DNA from: Craspedostauros australis
Taxonomy: Eukaryota
Assembly (NCBI GenBank): GCA_030167865.1
Contig: JALAGF010004667.1
Coordinates: forward strand, 1-39,648
Length of the DNA: 39,648 nt
Reading direction: 5' to 3'
In this document: positions 29,153 through 39,648 of the stretch, piece after piece
Position numbering within the stretch: the stretch's first letter is position 1
Layout of the letters: every line of letters begins with the position of its first letter
Notes under the pieces: generated by a model
Told to the model about the DNA's origin: nothing
The model's database searches: none
Seen by the model: only the letters and a program-made list of their open reading frames with translations
Position numbers and translations under genes: made by a program

Positions 29153-31078
29153 CTACCAGAACGACTGCCCACCCTTGTCGATCGGTGGACTGTCCGTGCA
29201 AGGAATCTTGCTGGGCTTATCTCTGTAATGACAGATGACATTCGGCTCCGACAAGCAGCACGGCGCGATCATCGATTCGTGCCCCGATACGCCCAGCTCG
29301 TTGGCCGTCGTCCCCACGCAACGGTCGTCCAGATACCACTCGCCCATCTGCTGGAAGAAGAGCTTCTTGTTGTCTTTGTTGTGTGTCCAGCTCATGTGGA
29401 AGATGTACGGATGAACCTCGCCGCGCGCCAGCTCCTTCATGAAATCGCTCATGCGATGGTACGAGAACCCGCCAGGGAACTCCTCCGTGTGCCGTTCGAA
29501 GATCTTGACCCTCAATCCGTACATGCTGGCGTGCTCGTTGAGCAAGGCGATCAGCGCGTTCTGGTGGCTGTGCGTGCTGAGGATCAGGTCGCCGGCCAGT
29601 AGAAGGCTGTTGAAGAAGTACTGCGTGCGGTCGTTGTAACGGACGTAGTAGAATCCTGTGTTGGCGCTGTACGGGGCGTAGAACAGCGCGTGGTTGCCAT
29701 CATCCTGGAAGTAGATGTCGAAATCAGGATAATTGTCGTGGTTGTAGAAGTATTCCAGAGGGTTCTTGTACCACACCAGATCCACATCTTGAAAGAGCAC
29801 ATCGTATCCCAGCATGTTGACCATCTGGACGCAGTAGACCTTAGCGGCCATCATGGCCATGAAGGTTCGATCCGCGAACGCGCCGGCTGCCTGCTTCGGC
29901 ATGCTGCCAAAGACGCTTTCATCGTAGAAGGATCGGATGCCCAAACCTTCGCAAAGTCCCACCGTTTCTTCGTCCGTGGCAAAGACGAGGATGTTGGACA
30001 AGTCCAGATTCCTCGATTTGGCATGACAGACAAAGTTCATCAGCAATTCGCTCTGTCCATGGTTGCACACCATGACGACGATGCTTCCGTTTGTGACGGT
30101 AGTGCCAGCACCACCATCGCTGCTGCTCTTCGCGACAGACTCGGCGATGGGACGCAGCTTGTCGAGGGTAGATTCGAATGATTGGAGGTACCCCGTGAGG
30201 GTGCTCCAATACTCCAAGGTTTGCTCACGCGTGGGTGGCCTTGCAGATTTGCGACCGCTGGCCTGCGCACCGCGATTGACCAGCCGCAATGGAGCGTCCG
30301 CGTCGAGCCCCTTCGGCTTGCCACCGTCGACCTCGTCCGGTGGAAGTCTCATGAATTTCTGGATGTGGAATGCCTCGTACTGTCCCATGATTGCCAGGCA
30401 CTGATTTTCGCGTGAGAAATCCGTCAGAATGACATGCAGATTGTAGCAGTTCTGCACGGCATCTTCAACGGAGTCCATGAGCGGAACCTCCGCCATGGTA
30501 CTGGCCTGCTCCCGATAATGCGGGGAGGACGGCAACGAGCTCTTCCGGCCGTGCAGTATGACGACCTCGTTGTTGCCCACCTCGCTCTTGTCCAACGGCA
30601 CGCCCATGTCGAACTTGGCGGCGAACGAGTCGCGATCGACGCGGCTCATGCCCGTGGCAAACTTGCCCATGGATTTGGCAGGAAACCGAGGAACGGACTC
30701 CGTCGTGGAGGGTGCGTCCAGCAGCTTCTCTTGCTCTTGTTGCTGATGCTGCTCCTTTGCCTTGAATTCTTGCAGGTACTTCTCGGCTGCCTTTTCGAGC
30801 TTGGCAGCGACCTGCTCCTTCACGCGGCTTTGGACGATGGCCTCCAGTCGCCCATCCGTCGCGGACCAGCAGTCCCCTGCCGCGGGCAGCCCCCTTCCCT
30901 TGATGCTGTTCGCATGCATCGATGATCCCAGCAGCAATCCCAAGTAGAAGCACGCGATCCCAGTGATCGATGCGAACACGATGGACTTGGTCAACGTGAT
31001 CGGCCTGTTGGACCTCATCTGCCGATGGTGGAAGGCACTCCCACCGATGTTAGTCGTACTCGTGTTGGTTGGAAGCAT
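29153..31078 (-). CDS. Nucleotide-diphospho-sugar transferase (PF03407 / GT77-like), type II membrane glycosyltransferase, 641 aa
   Basis: N-terminal signal-anchor (IVFASITGIACFYLGLLLG) and coiled stem, then 'LVFATD', 'KVYCVQMVNMLGYDVLFQDVDLVWYKNP' (DxD motif), 'ANTGFYYVR' and 'FHMSWT..K..K'. Confidence 0.8.
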   Translation of the reverse strand: MLPTNTSTTNIGGSAFHHRQMRSNRPITLTKSIVFASITGIACFYLGLLLGSSMHANSIKGRGLPAAGDCWSATDGRLEAIVQSRVKEQVAAKLEKAAEKYLQEFKAKEQHQQQEQEKLLDAPSTTESVPRFPAKSMGKFATGMSRVDRDSFAAKFDMGVPLDKSEVGNNEVVILHGRKSSLPSSPHYREQASTMAEVPLMDSVEDAVQNCYNLHVILTDFSRENQCLAIMGQYEAFHIQKFMRLPPDEVDGGKPKGLDADAPLRLVNRGAQASGRKSARPPTREQTLEYWSTLTGYLQSFESTLDKLRPIAESVAKSSSDGGAGTTVTNGSIVVMVCNHGQSELLMNFVCHAKSRNLDLSNILVFATDEETVGLCEGLGIRSFYDESVFGSMPKQAAGAFADRTFMAMMAAKVYCVQMVNMLGYDVLFQDVDLVWYKNPLEYFYNHDNYPDFDIYFQDDGNHALFYAPYSANTGFYYVRYNDRTQYFFNSLLLAGDLILSTHSHQNALIALLNEHASMYGLRVKIFERHTEEFPGGFSYHRMSDFMKELARGEVHPYIFHMSWTHNKDNKKLFFQQMGEWYLDDRCVGTTANELGVSGHESMIAPCCLSEPNVICHYRDKPSKIPCTDSPPIDKGGQSFW

Positions 31079-31440
31079 GATGGTGGATGCGGAGGGCGTA
31101 ATGGGTGTGATGGCTCTGCAAGAGAGATGGAATGCAATCCTTCTCGGCTTGGTCGGAGGAGCATGTTGTGGGAATGTTGTGAGTGAGTGCGAAGCAGGTG
31201 TTGTCGTCCTCGTCTGTCGTCATCACCATGATGGACATTTGTTCGTTTGTGTGACTTCTGAATCTTGAGTGCGATCAGTCATGATTCGGTCGGTAGAAAG
31301 TCGACTAATACGATAACTCGAATTCTCTTTTTCGTGATCAGTCGTGTACAAACAACATGTGCATGCTCTCATTCCGCTTGTCCAGTTCGCGGACACCGCG
31401 CACCTCTCCCCAACGTATCTTGCTCACATTTTTCATCACG

Positions 31441-31488
31441 ACATCGCACAACATCACACAACATCGCACAATACCACACGACACACAA
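31441..31488. repeat. Degenerate 10-bp minisatellite (ACATCGCACA)n in a divergent intergenic region
   Basis: acatcgcaca acatcacaca acatcgcaca ataccacacg acacacaa. Confidence 0.6.
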
Positions 31489-31904
31489 GGAAGAGAGCCA
31501 TCAGCTGACCTGCGGTGCTGCTGTTGCTCGGTCCCACACTTCTAAACGTTCCCACCACACACGGTTCCATTCAATGCTCCAAGAGATCGTCACAACTAAG
31601 ACGAAAGTGGACAAAGTCGAAGGCTGAAGTGGATGCAGAGGCAGAGATAGCGAAGGTCGCAAAGCACCATCACGAGGGTGCGAGCATATCAACATCATCA
31701 TCATCATCACTACCACCATCCTTCTCTTGTCAATTCTTCGATACACAAACAAACTGGAGTGGGGCTTGGCCATACATGCGAGTGCATACCATAAGTAGCA
31801 ACCACTGAGCAAAGTACAAACTCCACTGTCGAAACAACCGCAAGACATCTCAACCACAAGAGAGCAACACAGAACAATCACTGCGCCTGACGGCAACAAC
31901 GATT

Positions 31905-34617
31905 ATGACGCAGACGACCAAGATGACAGCAAGGACGGCATCCACAAGCGGCATGCGCAACAAAGCATTGCAAGCTGTGCTTCTGCTTGCGACGCTGCTG
32001 GTTGAACCAGCCATGTCCGACACCAATGATTTCTATCCAAAGCCAACGGGAACATCCACGACGACGACGACGGCGACAACGACGACGACGATTGCTTCCA
32101 AACCTCCAACCACATGGAGTCCGACACAGGCACCCGCGCAAATTGACATCGTGTCCACCGTGGACTCCACTGCCGATTCCACATGTCCCATCCAATGCAT
32201 GCATGACACCAAGTGCACGAGAGGGAATCAGACTGTGGAAGGCCACGCGTTGGATCATCAAGGTGAAGCCATGGAGTTTCATCAAGACTTGAACGTAGAT
32301 GGGTGGCACTGTGACTGTCCACCGGGGATGACGGGACTGCGCTGTGGTAAGTCGACAGGATGGCAATATGTGTTGGTGTTGGGTTGGCATTGGTACTGTG
32401 ATTCGATTGTGCAGAATGGTTGAGCTCAGTGAAAAGGAGAGGTCTCAAATGGAGACAACAGAGAGGATACCGCAAGACCGTGCGAATGCCACCAGTGCCC
32501 AATCGATCTCTTCTCTGCACTAAAGTAACCGGCTTGTACTCACACTGTGCCAATCCAAAATCACCATCTCTAATCTCTAATTCCACTCCCTGTGGCAACC
32601 AATAGACCGACCATTCATGTCCTGCGAGATCGATGACGATCCAGAATCAGGTGTACCAATCTGCTATCACGGCGGTCAATGCCTATCAGGGCTGTTTGAC
32701 AACTACGGAAACAACCAGATGTTCTGCGATTGCTCCATGGCCACGCACATCGACAAGGACACCAATGCTGTCACCAAATACGCTGGAAAATACTGCCAGG
32801 ATGCCATCGACACCTCTCTTGCATCTTGTCATGCAGATGACGACAGCGTCTGCAAAAATGGTGGATTGTGCAAGATCCCAGAGAATCACGAAGATCCGTG
32901 CGACTGCGCAGAGGGCTTTTCAGGTGAGTATTAGTACAATGGCGAACCCGCGCTACGGTAGTGTGTGACGATGCTTCTCCTGGCAGGATGATCCATGCAC
33001 ACTGCACACTGCACACTGCAATTTACTTTGTACACAGGCAAGAACATGCCACTGTCGAACCGCCGCACTCAACTAATGATATCCTTCGTGTCCCATTCTC
33101 GTGTTCTTATTGGTTTCCATTACATCACAGGCAAATACTGCGAGTTTGCTGGCCACACGGTTCCAACCTGCACCAAGCAGTGTCAGAACGGTGGCAAGTG
33201 CCGTTTGGGCAACCGCGGTACCGAAACCATCGATGGATTGCAATACTGCGAATGCCCTGCGACGCACTTCGGTGACACCTGCGAGCACGAATCCGCACCA
33301 TGCGGCGACGACTACTGCCGTCACGGCTCCACTTGCATCGAGTTCGCCCTCACCGACGGCACCATGGAGCACATGTGCGATTGCACCGCGGCATACACGG
33401 ACGACGTGTACTTTGCCGGGCAGTATTGCCAGTATCCCAGCAACGTCTTCTGCACTGACGGCGATGATTGGAACGGTCGGCAGTTCTGCACCAACGGCGG
33501 GCTGTGTCCGCGCAACAAGCTGGATGGCTGCATCTGCCCGCAAGGATTCTCCGGTCCGCGATGCGACCACAAGGCCAAGGAGCAGGAGCAGTCGTACGCA
33601 TCGTGTTCCATCGATTGCATGAATGGTGGCGAGTGTCGCAAGGGGATGAAGAACATGACGTCGGTCAACGATCAGTTCTCCAAGGACCTTGAAGGAATCA
33701 ACCCTGATGGCGAAGATCATCAGCACGAAGGCATGGAGCATTGCATCTGCCCAGCTGGCTTCTTCGGACTCAAATGCGAGTACAGCGCGGAGAAGTGCGA
33801 GAACAGCGACCTCGTGTGCTATCATGGTTCGAAGTGCGTGCAGAAGGGAGATGAGACCATGTGCGATTGCAGAACATCGCACAGCAACGCCGCCGGCAAG
33901 TCCTGCGAATTCCTCGCATCCGAGACTTGCAAGGGTTCCTCCTTAGCGGGAACCAAATCGGTCCTCAATTTCGGCAATGAGAAGGACCCGCAGTACCATG
34001 GCTTCTGCACCAACGGCGGCGCCTGCATGCAGGACGACCGTGGTGTGATGCGATGCCGATGTCCCACCGGATACGAAGGCCCGCACTGCGAGTACAAGGA
34101 GACGGAGCCCGCCAACGCTCCATGGATCCCGTCCAACAGCGGGGCTGGCGATGGCACGAAGGAGGGCATGCTATCACCCACAACGCTGTCACTGATCGCG
34201 TTCATCGCCTTGGTCGTCGCGGCAACCTTCCTGTACACGAAGCGCGGCTTCACATTTGGTGGTTGTTCCAGAGGCGATGAAGAAGGCGATGCTAGCGCTG
34301 ATGATGGCGACGACGATGGCGCATTGGACCGTGCGAATCACGGAGCGAAGGCGGATACGGAACAAGATGAGTACTGTACGCAACAGGAGGACTACTACAA
34401 TGATCATCGGTACGAAGACGATGACGATGCGCACGCAGACGAGGAAGAGCAGGGTGGATACCTGGACTTTGATGAATCCGTCAACGACGATGTCGAATAC
34501 TGTGATGAGGACGGGGATCCTTCCGATGCATTCGAAGATGACGACCACTACGCCGACGAGGATCCAGGTCACGACAGGATGGAGATTGATGGTCAGGCAT
34601 TGTCACAGATACTGTGA
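31905..34617 (+). CDS. Type I membrane protein with 9 EGF-like modules; exons 31905-32346, 32606-32923, 33131-34617 (~748 aa)
   Basis: Signal-peptide-like ALQAVLLLATLLVEPAMS (alternative start 31953), Thr-rich stalk, nine EGF-like cysteine patterns, TM segment LSLIAFIALVVAATFLY and acidic tail. Three ORF-track pieces join in frame through two GT-AG introns. Confidence 0.88.
32347..32605 (+). other. Spliceosomal intron 1 of the EGF-like gene (259 bp, phase 1)
   Basis: Donor G|GTAAGT, CTAAT branch-like motifs near 32570-32581, acceptor AATAG|AC. Splicing gives ...GLRC-D-RPFMSC in frame. Confidence 0.85.
32924..33130 (+). other. Spliceosomal intron 2 of the EGF-like gene (207 bp, phase 1)
   Basis: Donor AG|GTGAGT, ACTAAT branch-like motif near 33072, acceptor CACAG|GC. 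Splicing restores the EGF end GFS-G-KYC. Confidence 0.8.
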
Positions 34618-36044
34618 AAGGAGCCTTGAGCAACGGGGAGGAAGTCTGTATTCGTGTGTAGCTCGTATAATAGTACTCAAGTATGCATAATACATAGTGC
34701 ACCATACGTACGTAAGAGGAAGGATGGCGTTCCATCGGTAGCTTGATGGTGTAAATGTAGGTAGAGCGCAGCAGACTTCATCTGAACTTGTCATCAGTCT
34801 ATTGGCAACACAAACACAACCAAGAATGCCGGAGAGGAGTCCTCTGCGAGTCCGTGGCTATCAGTCCTCCCAACGACGGAGTGGAAGATTCTCGTGATGG
34901 CGACTGCAATTTCAGAGGGCCGCTTCCGTCGTGGTCATTGTCAGTTTGGGTGCTTGCGGGTCTGCGTTCGCACGAAGATACGATGGAGAGCAGATCCTCG
35001 GTCACAGCTTTGGTGGAAAGTGCAACCGATTGGGGAGGGGCGATCTTCTCTTGTGACATTGCTGCCTTGAGTGGATTGGCAATGGAACCCCATCATGCTG
35101 CATCACCCCTGGTCATCAGTTGCTTCAATGTTTGCATCTCCGGCGCCGTCGATCGATCGAGATGATGACTTGCAGGCAGGCAGGGATGTCACCATGGTGT
35201 TCCCGGTTTTGGCAAAGATGCTCTTGTTCTCTTGTTGGTGGTCGAAGTTTGTGCGCGCATGGTTTCTCACAACGAAGATGTGAACCGCGTTGAATTTATG
35301 ACGACCAGGCATGATGTTGATGAGAACAACGACGATGGAGTGGAACGAAACGAGACAGGTGAACAGTGCGTGAAGTGTGGCCGCCATGCTCTGCGTGGAT
35401 TCGATTGGTTGGTCTCGTTGACAGGTGTTGTTTTGGATTCTGATCGACGATACGTCACGATTAGGTACAGGTCTCGCGCAGCCGCGCAGAATCAGCACTG
35501 ACGAATACTACGCTGGGACATATCAAAAGACAAAATACATTTAACAATGTAGTGAACTGTACTGCCTCTCTCGAATTCTCAACAGCACAACTTCCGGCAA
35601 TTGTATCGGAACAAGCGCGCCAACGCGATTCTGGTCCGCAAAATTCCTTTCTTCAACACAGAACGCAGCGTGAGCCGACAAAACCGCGCGTCTTGGCTCG
35701 ACCTGTCTTGTGACAACGTGGCGACTTGAGGGCATGCGCAGTATCGGCAGGTGGCTGCAGGGAACGAAAGCTCGCTTGCAGCTGTTACCTGCGTTGCCAG
35801 TATTGTGACGATGCGACAGTTCCATCGTCACACTGTGGCACAAACGTTCTCCGCTCCACCTCTCCGTCTCCGTCTCCATCTGTGCGTTTCTTTCCTTCTC
35901 TGTATTCACTCGCAAACCCATAGCCGATTCCTCCCCTTTGTGGTATTCTACTACTTACGATCTGCGACGTTGTGTGACAAGCTTCGGACGATCCACAAAA
36001 AGAGAAGAGAGCAACAGCAGACGGAGCAACTGAGTACCGCCGAC

Positions 36045-36071
36045 AACAACAACAACAACAACAACAACAAC
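36045..36071. repeat. (AAC)9 microsatellite
   Basis: Perfect trinucleotide run in the CA-rich region upstream of the 36936 gene. Confidence 0.9.
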
Positions 36072-36935
36072 GTCCACAAGGATCATTGTTTGCTGACATC
36101 AACATCTCAGAAACCACTGCTGCCATCATCACCCGTCCCACATCTACGAACAAAGCGTCAGGGTTCTGATCCTTTGCTATCCTCTGTGCATCAGACAGGA
36201 ACATTGATCGATCAAGGAGCATTGCGGTTCGCAGGACCATCCAAACGGTTGTCTCTGTCGTGCGAAGAGGATCGAAGAGAGGCGTTGAGCTCCCCGAGCT
36301 GAGCAGAGGAATCCGGTGCTGTTGGCCTCGAGCGAGAGTTGATACGCAATACCGTCACCGACGCCTCCATTAGCAGAATCGCAGTGCGGGCAGCAGAGAC
36401 CGAAGGACAGCACGCTTCGCGAAGGCCGCAGCCAACACTGAGATCGTCACAAGAGGACTCTACAATCTTTGATCACAATAACGACAAACAACAACAAACA
36501 ACATTGACAGATCAGCACACCAACAAAAACAAAGCGGTTGGAGACGATAATTGCCAGCGGAGCAAGAGAAGGAATCGAAGACCAAAAGTCGGGCACAAGA
36601 GCCAGGTTGCCAGCTGCTGCCTGCCTCCCAGTCATACCAATTCAATCGCCTTGATACGCTAGGGCGAAGCCAGACATCTGCCACCCTCCAGAGACTTGCG
36701 GCATAAGCATCACCTTCACTTGATCATCCAGCAACGCATTCACAACATCCACGACATCCACAGCATGCTAATCGGCGTCCAGATCACAAACACAACCCAG
36801 ACGCAACAGCAAACAAAGACATTGGCATCGCCGGCATCAACATCAGGAGCAGCACGAGAACTGCCGCAACAATCACCACTTCCACAGGGACAAGCAACCA
36901 TCAACACGGCCAAGGGTCGGAGTATCAGTGGCCAG

Positions 36936-37757
36936 ATGGGAAACATCGATCAAGAGAAGCACATGCCGAACGCTCACGCCCACACCAACACAACCAGCGG
37001 AAGCAGCAACACCAAGCCCTTCATGGATAGTAGCAACAGCGGCGGCGGCAGCGCTTCGGTGGAGAAGCAGCACAAGAAGCGGTCGCGCGGGTTCTTCAAG
37101 CGCAAACGCAAGGACACCGGCGGATCGACCGCTACCTACATCATCGATCCCGCCATGATCGATACCAGCGGCAGGCTGTCGGTGCACAGCGACGCCGGTG
37201 CACAGCACAATCAGCAACGGCGGATGGAAGGTGGCTGCATCAAGCTCCCGACGCACATCCTGTCCCTCGCGAAGCAGTACGACGGCCCCGCAGGCCACAA
37301 TAAGGCCGTCCAGTGGGGCGAGATCGAAGTGCGATCCCATAGCATACGGCTCGGCGACAACCCGTGCTGCCGCGGCCCGCCCATCACGACCCAATGGAAG
37401 GCCCACGAGACTGTGTCCGTCACGGTCGACCACTACGAAAGCACACGACCGCCGTACCGCGGCAAGAATCAGCTCATCATCCCCGTCAGCGCGCGCGAGG
37501 ACATGCTGCGCAACGCCGGCTATTCGCGTGGCGAAATGAAGGAGAAGGCGGAAGAGGGTGCCCTGATACGCGTCTACCGCAATCGCAACTGCAAGCTCAC
37601 GCCCAAGGAGCAGCTGTCGGCCTTTGTGGCGCGGCTGTCCGCGTCGAAGACCCACAAGTCGATACCCATCGACGTCGCCAAGCAGACGGAGGCGGGCAAG
37701 TCTTCGAATCGCACAACTAGAAAGATGAAGCAGGAAGCACCGACGAGGCGACAATGA
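36936..37757 (+). CDS. Uncharacterised 'V.W/F..IE.R...LGDNP...GPP...W' family protein (start uncertain: 36765 or 36936)
   Basis: Core KAVQWGEIEVRSHSIRLGDNPCCRGPPITTQW...VDHYESTRP..R...L..P...REDML...GYSRGE, a pattern I recognise from expanded unnamed diatom proteins. Basic NLS-like HKKRSRGFFKRKRK and GC-rich third codon positions. Confidence 0.78.
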   Translation: MGNIDQEKHMPNAHAHTNTTSGSSNTKPFMDSSNSGGGSASVEKQHKKRSRGFFKRKRKDTGGSTATYIIDPAMIDTSGRLSVHSDAGAQHNQQRRMEGGCIKLPTHILSLAKQYDGPAGHNKAVQWGEIEVRSHSIRLGDNPCCRGPPITTQWKAHETVSVTVDHYESTRPPYRGKNQLIIPVSAREDMLRNAGYSRGEMKEKAEEGALIRVYRNRNCKLTPKEQLSAFVARLSASKTHKSIPIDVAKQTEAGKSSNRTTRKMKQEAPTRRQ

Positions 37758-38238
37758 GGTCAGCGCGCGCAACGGTAGTGCTCCATATATTCATGGCACT
37801 ATTCGACTACTCTATAGCATATTATACTCAATTAGACTACTAATCTATTCTTACACAATAGACAAACGCCGTATGGGTACGACCCTTACCATCACAGACT
37901 GTCACATTGTGAGCAGCACGTCTGGAAGTGTCCTTAATGTTCTACTCGTTGGTATGGATGGATACATCGACGTGTACGTCCATGGGAGCTGCCTATCTGC
38001 CTGCCAACCTAAAGTACTCCACGAACGTGCCTAATGAATGGCACTGCTGTTGGATAGCTTGGATCAACATGAGGATGGAGCTCCTCTTCGCTCTGGAGAC
38101 AGGCAGACAGAGGGCGCTATGCCGTTCTTCTCTTTAGTACCATTGGCGCTGCCTTTGCTGCGAGCGCAACCTTCTGCTTCATCTCCACATCACCGAAGTT
38201 GTGCATTCGATTCGATTCGATCCGCAGCAATCAACAGC

Positions 38239-38658
38239 TCACCACCCCGGCGTCTCCTTCAGCTCCCAAATCGCCCCGGCCGTCGGTGAGATCGTCGTGC
38301 GCTTGACGTAATACGTCGACTGCAGCAACCGCTGCGCATGTTCGGGATCGCTGAGATGCACCACCTTGGCCTGCCCGGCGATCTTGAGGTCCTTCCAGGG
38401 ACGTGAGCATCCATCGAGACGGCCCAGACGGTACAGCTGATCGCGCTGATACCGCGAGCTGATGCAACGCGTCCATTCGTCCCAGAACAGGCCGAGGTTG
38501 GGCATGACCGTGTCTTCCTCTGTGAGCATGGAGCCCAACGTGTCTTGCGAGGCGCCGTCCATTGCGTTGGATGGTTCCGACGTGCTCGACTCCGTCGTTG
38601 ATGTTGTCGATTCCGACATGGGGGATGCGGCAGAGCCGTTCGATGACGCTGTGTTCAT
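38239..38658 (-). CDS. Emi1 / DUF3128 (C22orf39-like) small protein, ~139 aa
   Basis: 'WDEWTRCISSRYQRDQLYRLGRLDGCSRPWKDL' and C-terminal 'AIWELKETP' fit the Emi1/DUF3128 pattern (C.S...Q...YR.G...CS..W.D ... W..R/K..P). Start placed at ATG 38658. Confidence 0.72.
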   Translation of the reverse strand: MNTASSNGSAASPMSESTTSTTESSTSEPSNAMDGASQDTLGSMLTEEDTVMPNLGLFWDEWTRCISSRYQRDQLYRLGRLDGCSRPWKDLKIAGQAKVVHLSDPEHAQRLLQSTYYVKRTTISPTAGAIWELKETPGW

Positions 38659-39294
38659 GATGGCAAGGGAACGCAAAACTCGGAGAGGAAAAGGCAAGGC
38701 AAGGCAAGGATAGAGGATTGGAAGCGCTCTTGATTGACCTTGATCAATGATGGATGATGGATGATGGAGGTTGAGATGAACGATCTGGGCGCTTGTTGGT
38801 GCACGTTTGTGTGTTGCTCTTCGTTCAAATTCGAACCATCCGCGTTTCGTCATCGTCATTGTCTATTTTTTCCACGAGTTCTAATCGTCATGTGTTACGT
38901 CTGGCAGTCACACCATAGTCCCAACAGAAACTCTACGGACGTCACCGCCGATCAAATGACCATGATGCGCGACTCTGCCGCCTCCATCTCAATCATCCGC
39001 AGGCTAAGAGTTCGCGTTCCAAAGTCAAAAGTCGAAGGATCCGTTTGCGGACAAGGTGGAGGAACTCGGGTCTCGCATGGCAACGAAGGACGGAAGAGTT
39101 CCTTGACACCCTTGAGAAACGCACAGAATGTAATTTTTCTCGCTGCGTGAATAACGCAACGACAAGGGTGATGACAATGGTACTGGTCTCGAAATGGGCG
39201 TTCGTGGGTGTGAACCAATTAGTGCTTGCATACACGATGCGGTTAATACACCAATCTGCGATCTTCAAGTCCATAGCCATAATGAGGGTTTTCA

Positions 39295-39397
39295 TGTCTG
39301 TGGAGACAAACTCTACGTAGCTTGTCTCCACAGGCAAATTGAAGTCTCAATTTGCCTCCACAGGCAAATCGACCCCCATTTGCCTGTGGAGACAAAC
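39295..39397. repeat. Array of four ~18-bp quasi-palindromic repeats (TTTGCCTGTGGAGACAAA) in orientation > < < >
   Basis: Copies at ~39295-39311, 39322-39339, 39351-39369 and 39378-39397, with a 28-30-bp period and different short spacers. Confidence 0.9.
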
Positions 39398-39462
39398 CGA
39401 AGGTCGCCGAAAATGGCAACGTACTACTTAAGTCCCACATTCCTCCACGATGTCCCGTGTTG

Positions 39463-39518
39463 CAGAAAAAAAACCCGATTTCGGTCCGAAACCCGAAAGT
39501 GGGTTGTTTTTTTTTCTG
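39463..39518. repeat. Imperfect inverted repeat with poly-A / poly-T arms
   Basis: CAGAAAAAAAA-CCC-GA-TTTCGG ... CCGAAA-GT-GGG-TTG-TTTTTTTTTCTG. Confidence 0.7.
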
Positions 39519-39648
39519 ACTCCTTCGAGTAACTCATTTATTTGGCGATTTCAAAAAAAAAACGTCGCGATGCAGCACGGCGTCATTGGTCATGTCTCAG
39601 GGGTTCCTTTCCGTGCGCCTGTCTTGCTTTTCTGACGTCATGGGATCT

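Noticed and set aside
24417-34617. Functional gene cluster (MFS + farnesyltransferase + glycosyltransferase + EGF protein)
   Set aside because: These are unrelated housekeeping or secretory functions with no shared pathway logic, and none of the complete called proteins ends in a CaaX motif.
35751-36662. ORFs of 183 and 107 aa upstream of the GDNP-family gene
   Set aside because: Non-ATG starts and low-complexity CA-rich sequence typical of 5' leaders here; no splice path I can support.
39295-39397. CRISPR array
   Set aside because: Repeats switch orientation, spacers are only 8-12 bp, there are no cas genes, and the context is eukaryotic.
1-39648. tRNA, rRNA or snRNA genes
   Set aside because: I recognised no cloverleaf, A/B-box or conserved rRNA/snRNA sequence by eye; a tRNAscan-SE/Infernal run would be needed to exclude them formally.

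Overview
Gene-dense eukaryotic nuclear DNA, most likely from a diatom or other stramenopile. This is an inference from the gene families, the short GT-AG introns and the CA-rich 5' leaders. I support nine protein-coding genes. (1-2) Two tandem minus-strand STAND-type (COG3899/AAA_16-like) P-loop ATPases with helical TPR-like C-termini; the first (3729->1) is absent from the ORF track because it stays open to the window edge. (3) A single-exon ~4,283-aa protein with 3 BSD-like domains, 2 SH3BGR/glutaredoxin-like domains and a very long acidic region containing a 92-95-aa tandem repeat. (4) A bacterial-looking MFS transporter. (5) Protein farnesyltransferase beta. (6) A GT77-like nucleotide-diphospho-sugar transferase. 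(7) A 3-exon type-I membrane protein with 9 EGF-like modules. (8) A 'GDNP..GPP' family protein with an RVxF-like motif. (9) An Emi1/DUF3128-like protein. The window ends in an array of palindromic repeats that may be the end of a mobile element. The strongest candidate for an undescribed system is the STAND pair: the ATPase halves share hundreds of bp of perfect identity (apparent gene conversion), while the putative sensor halves are colinear but only about one-third identical, an NLR-like pattern. The giant multi-domain protein is the second candidate. All family assignments are by eye from motifs; no database searches were run.
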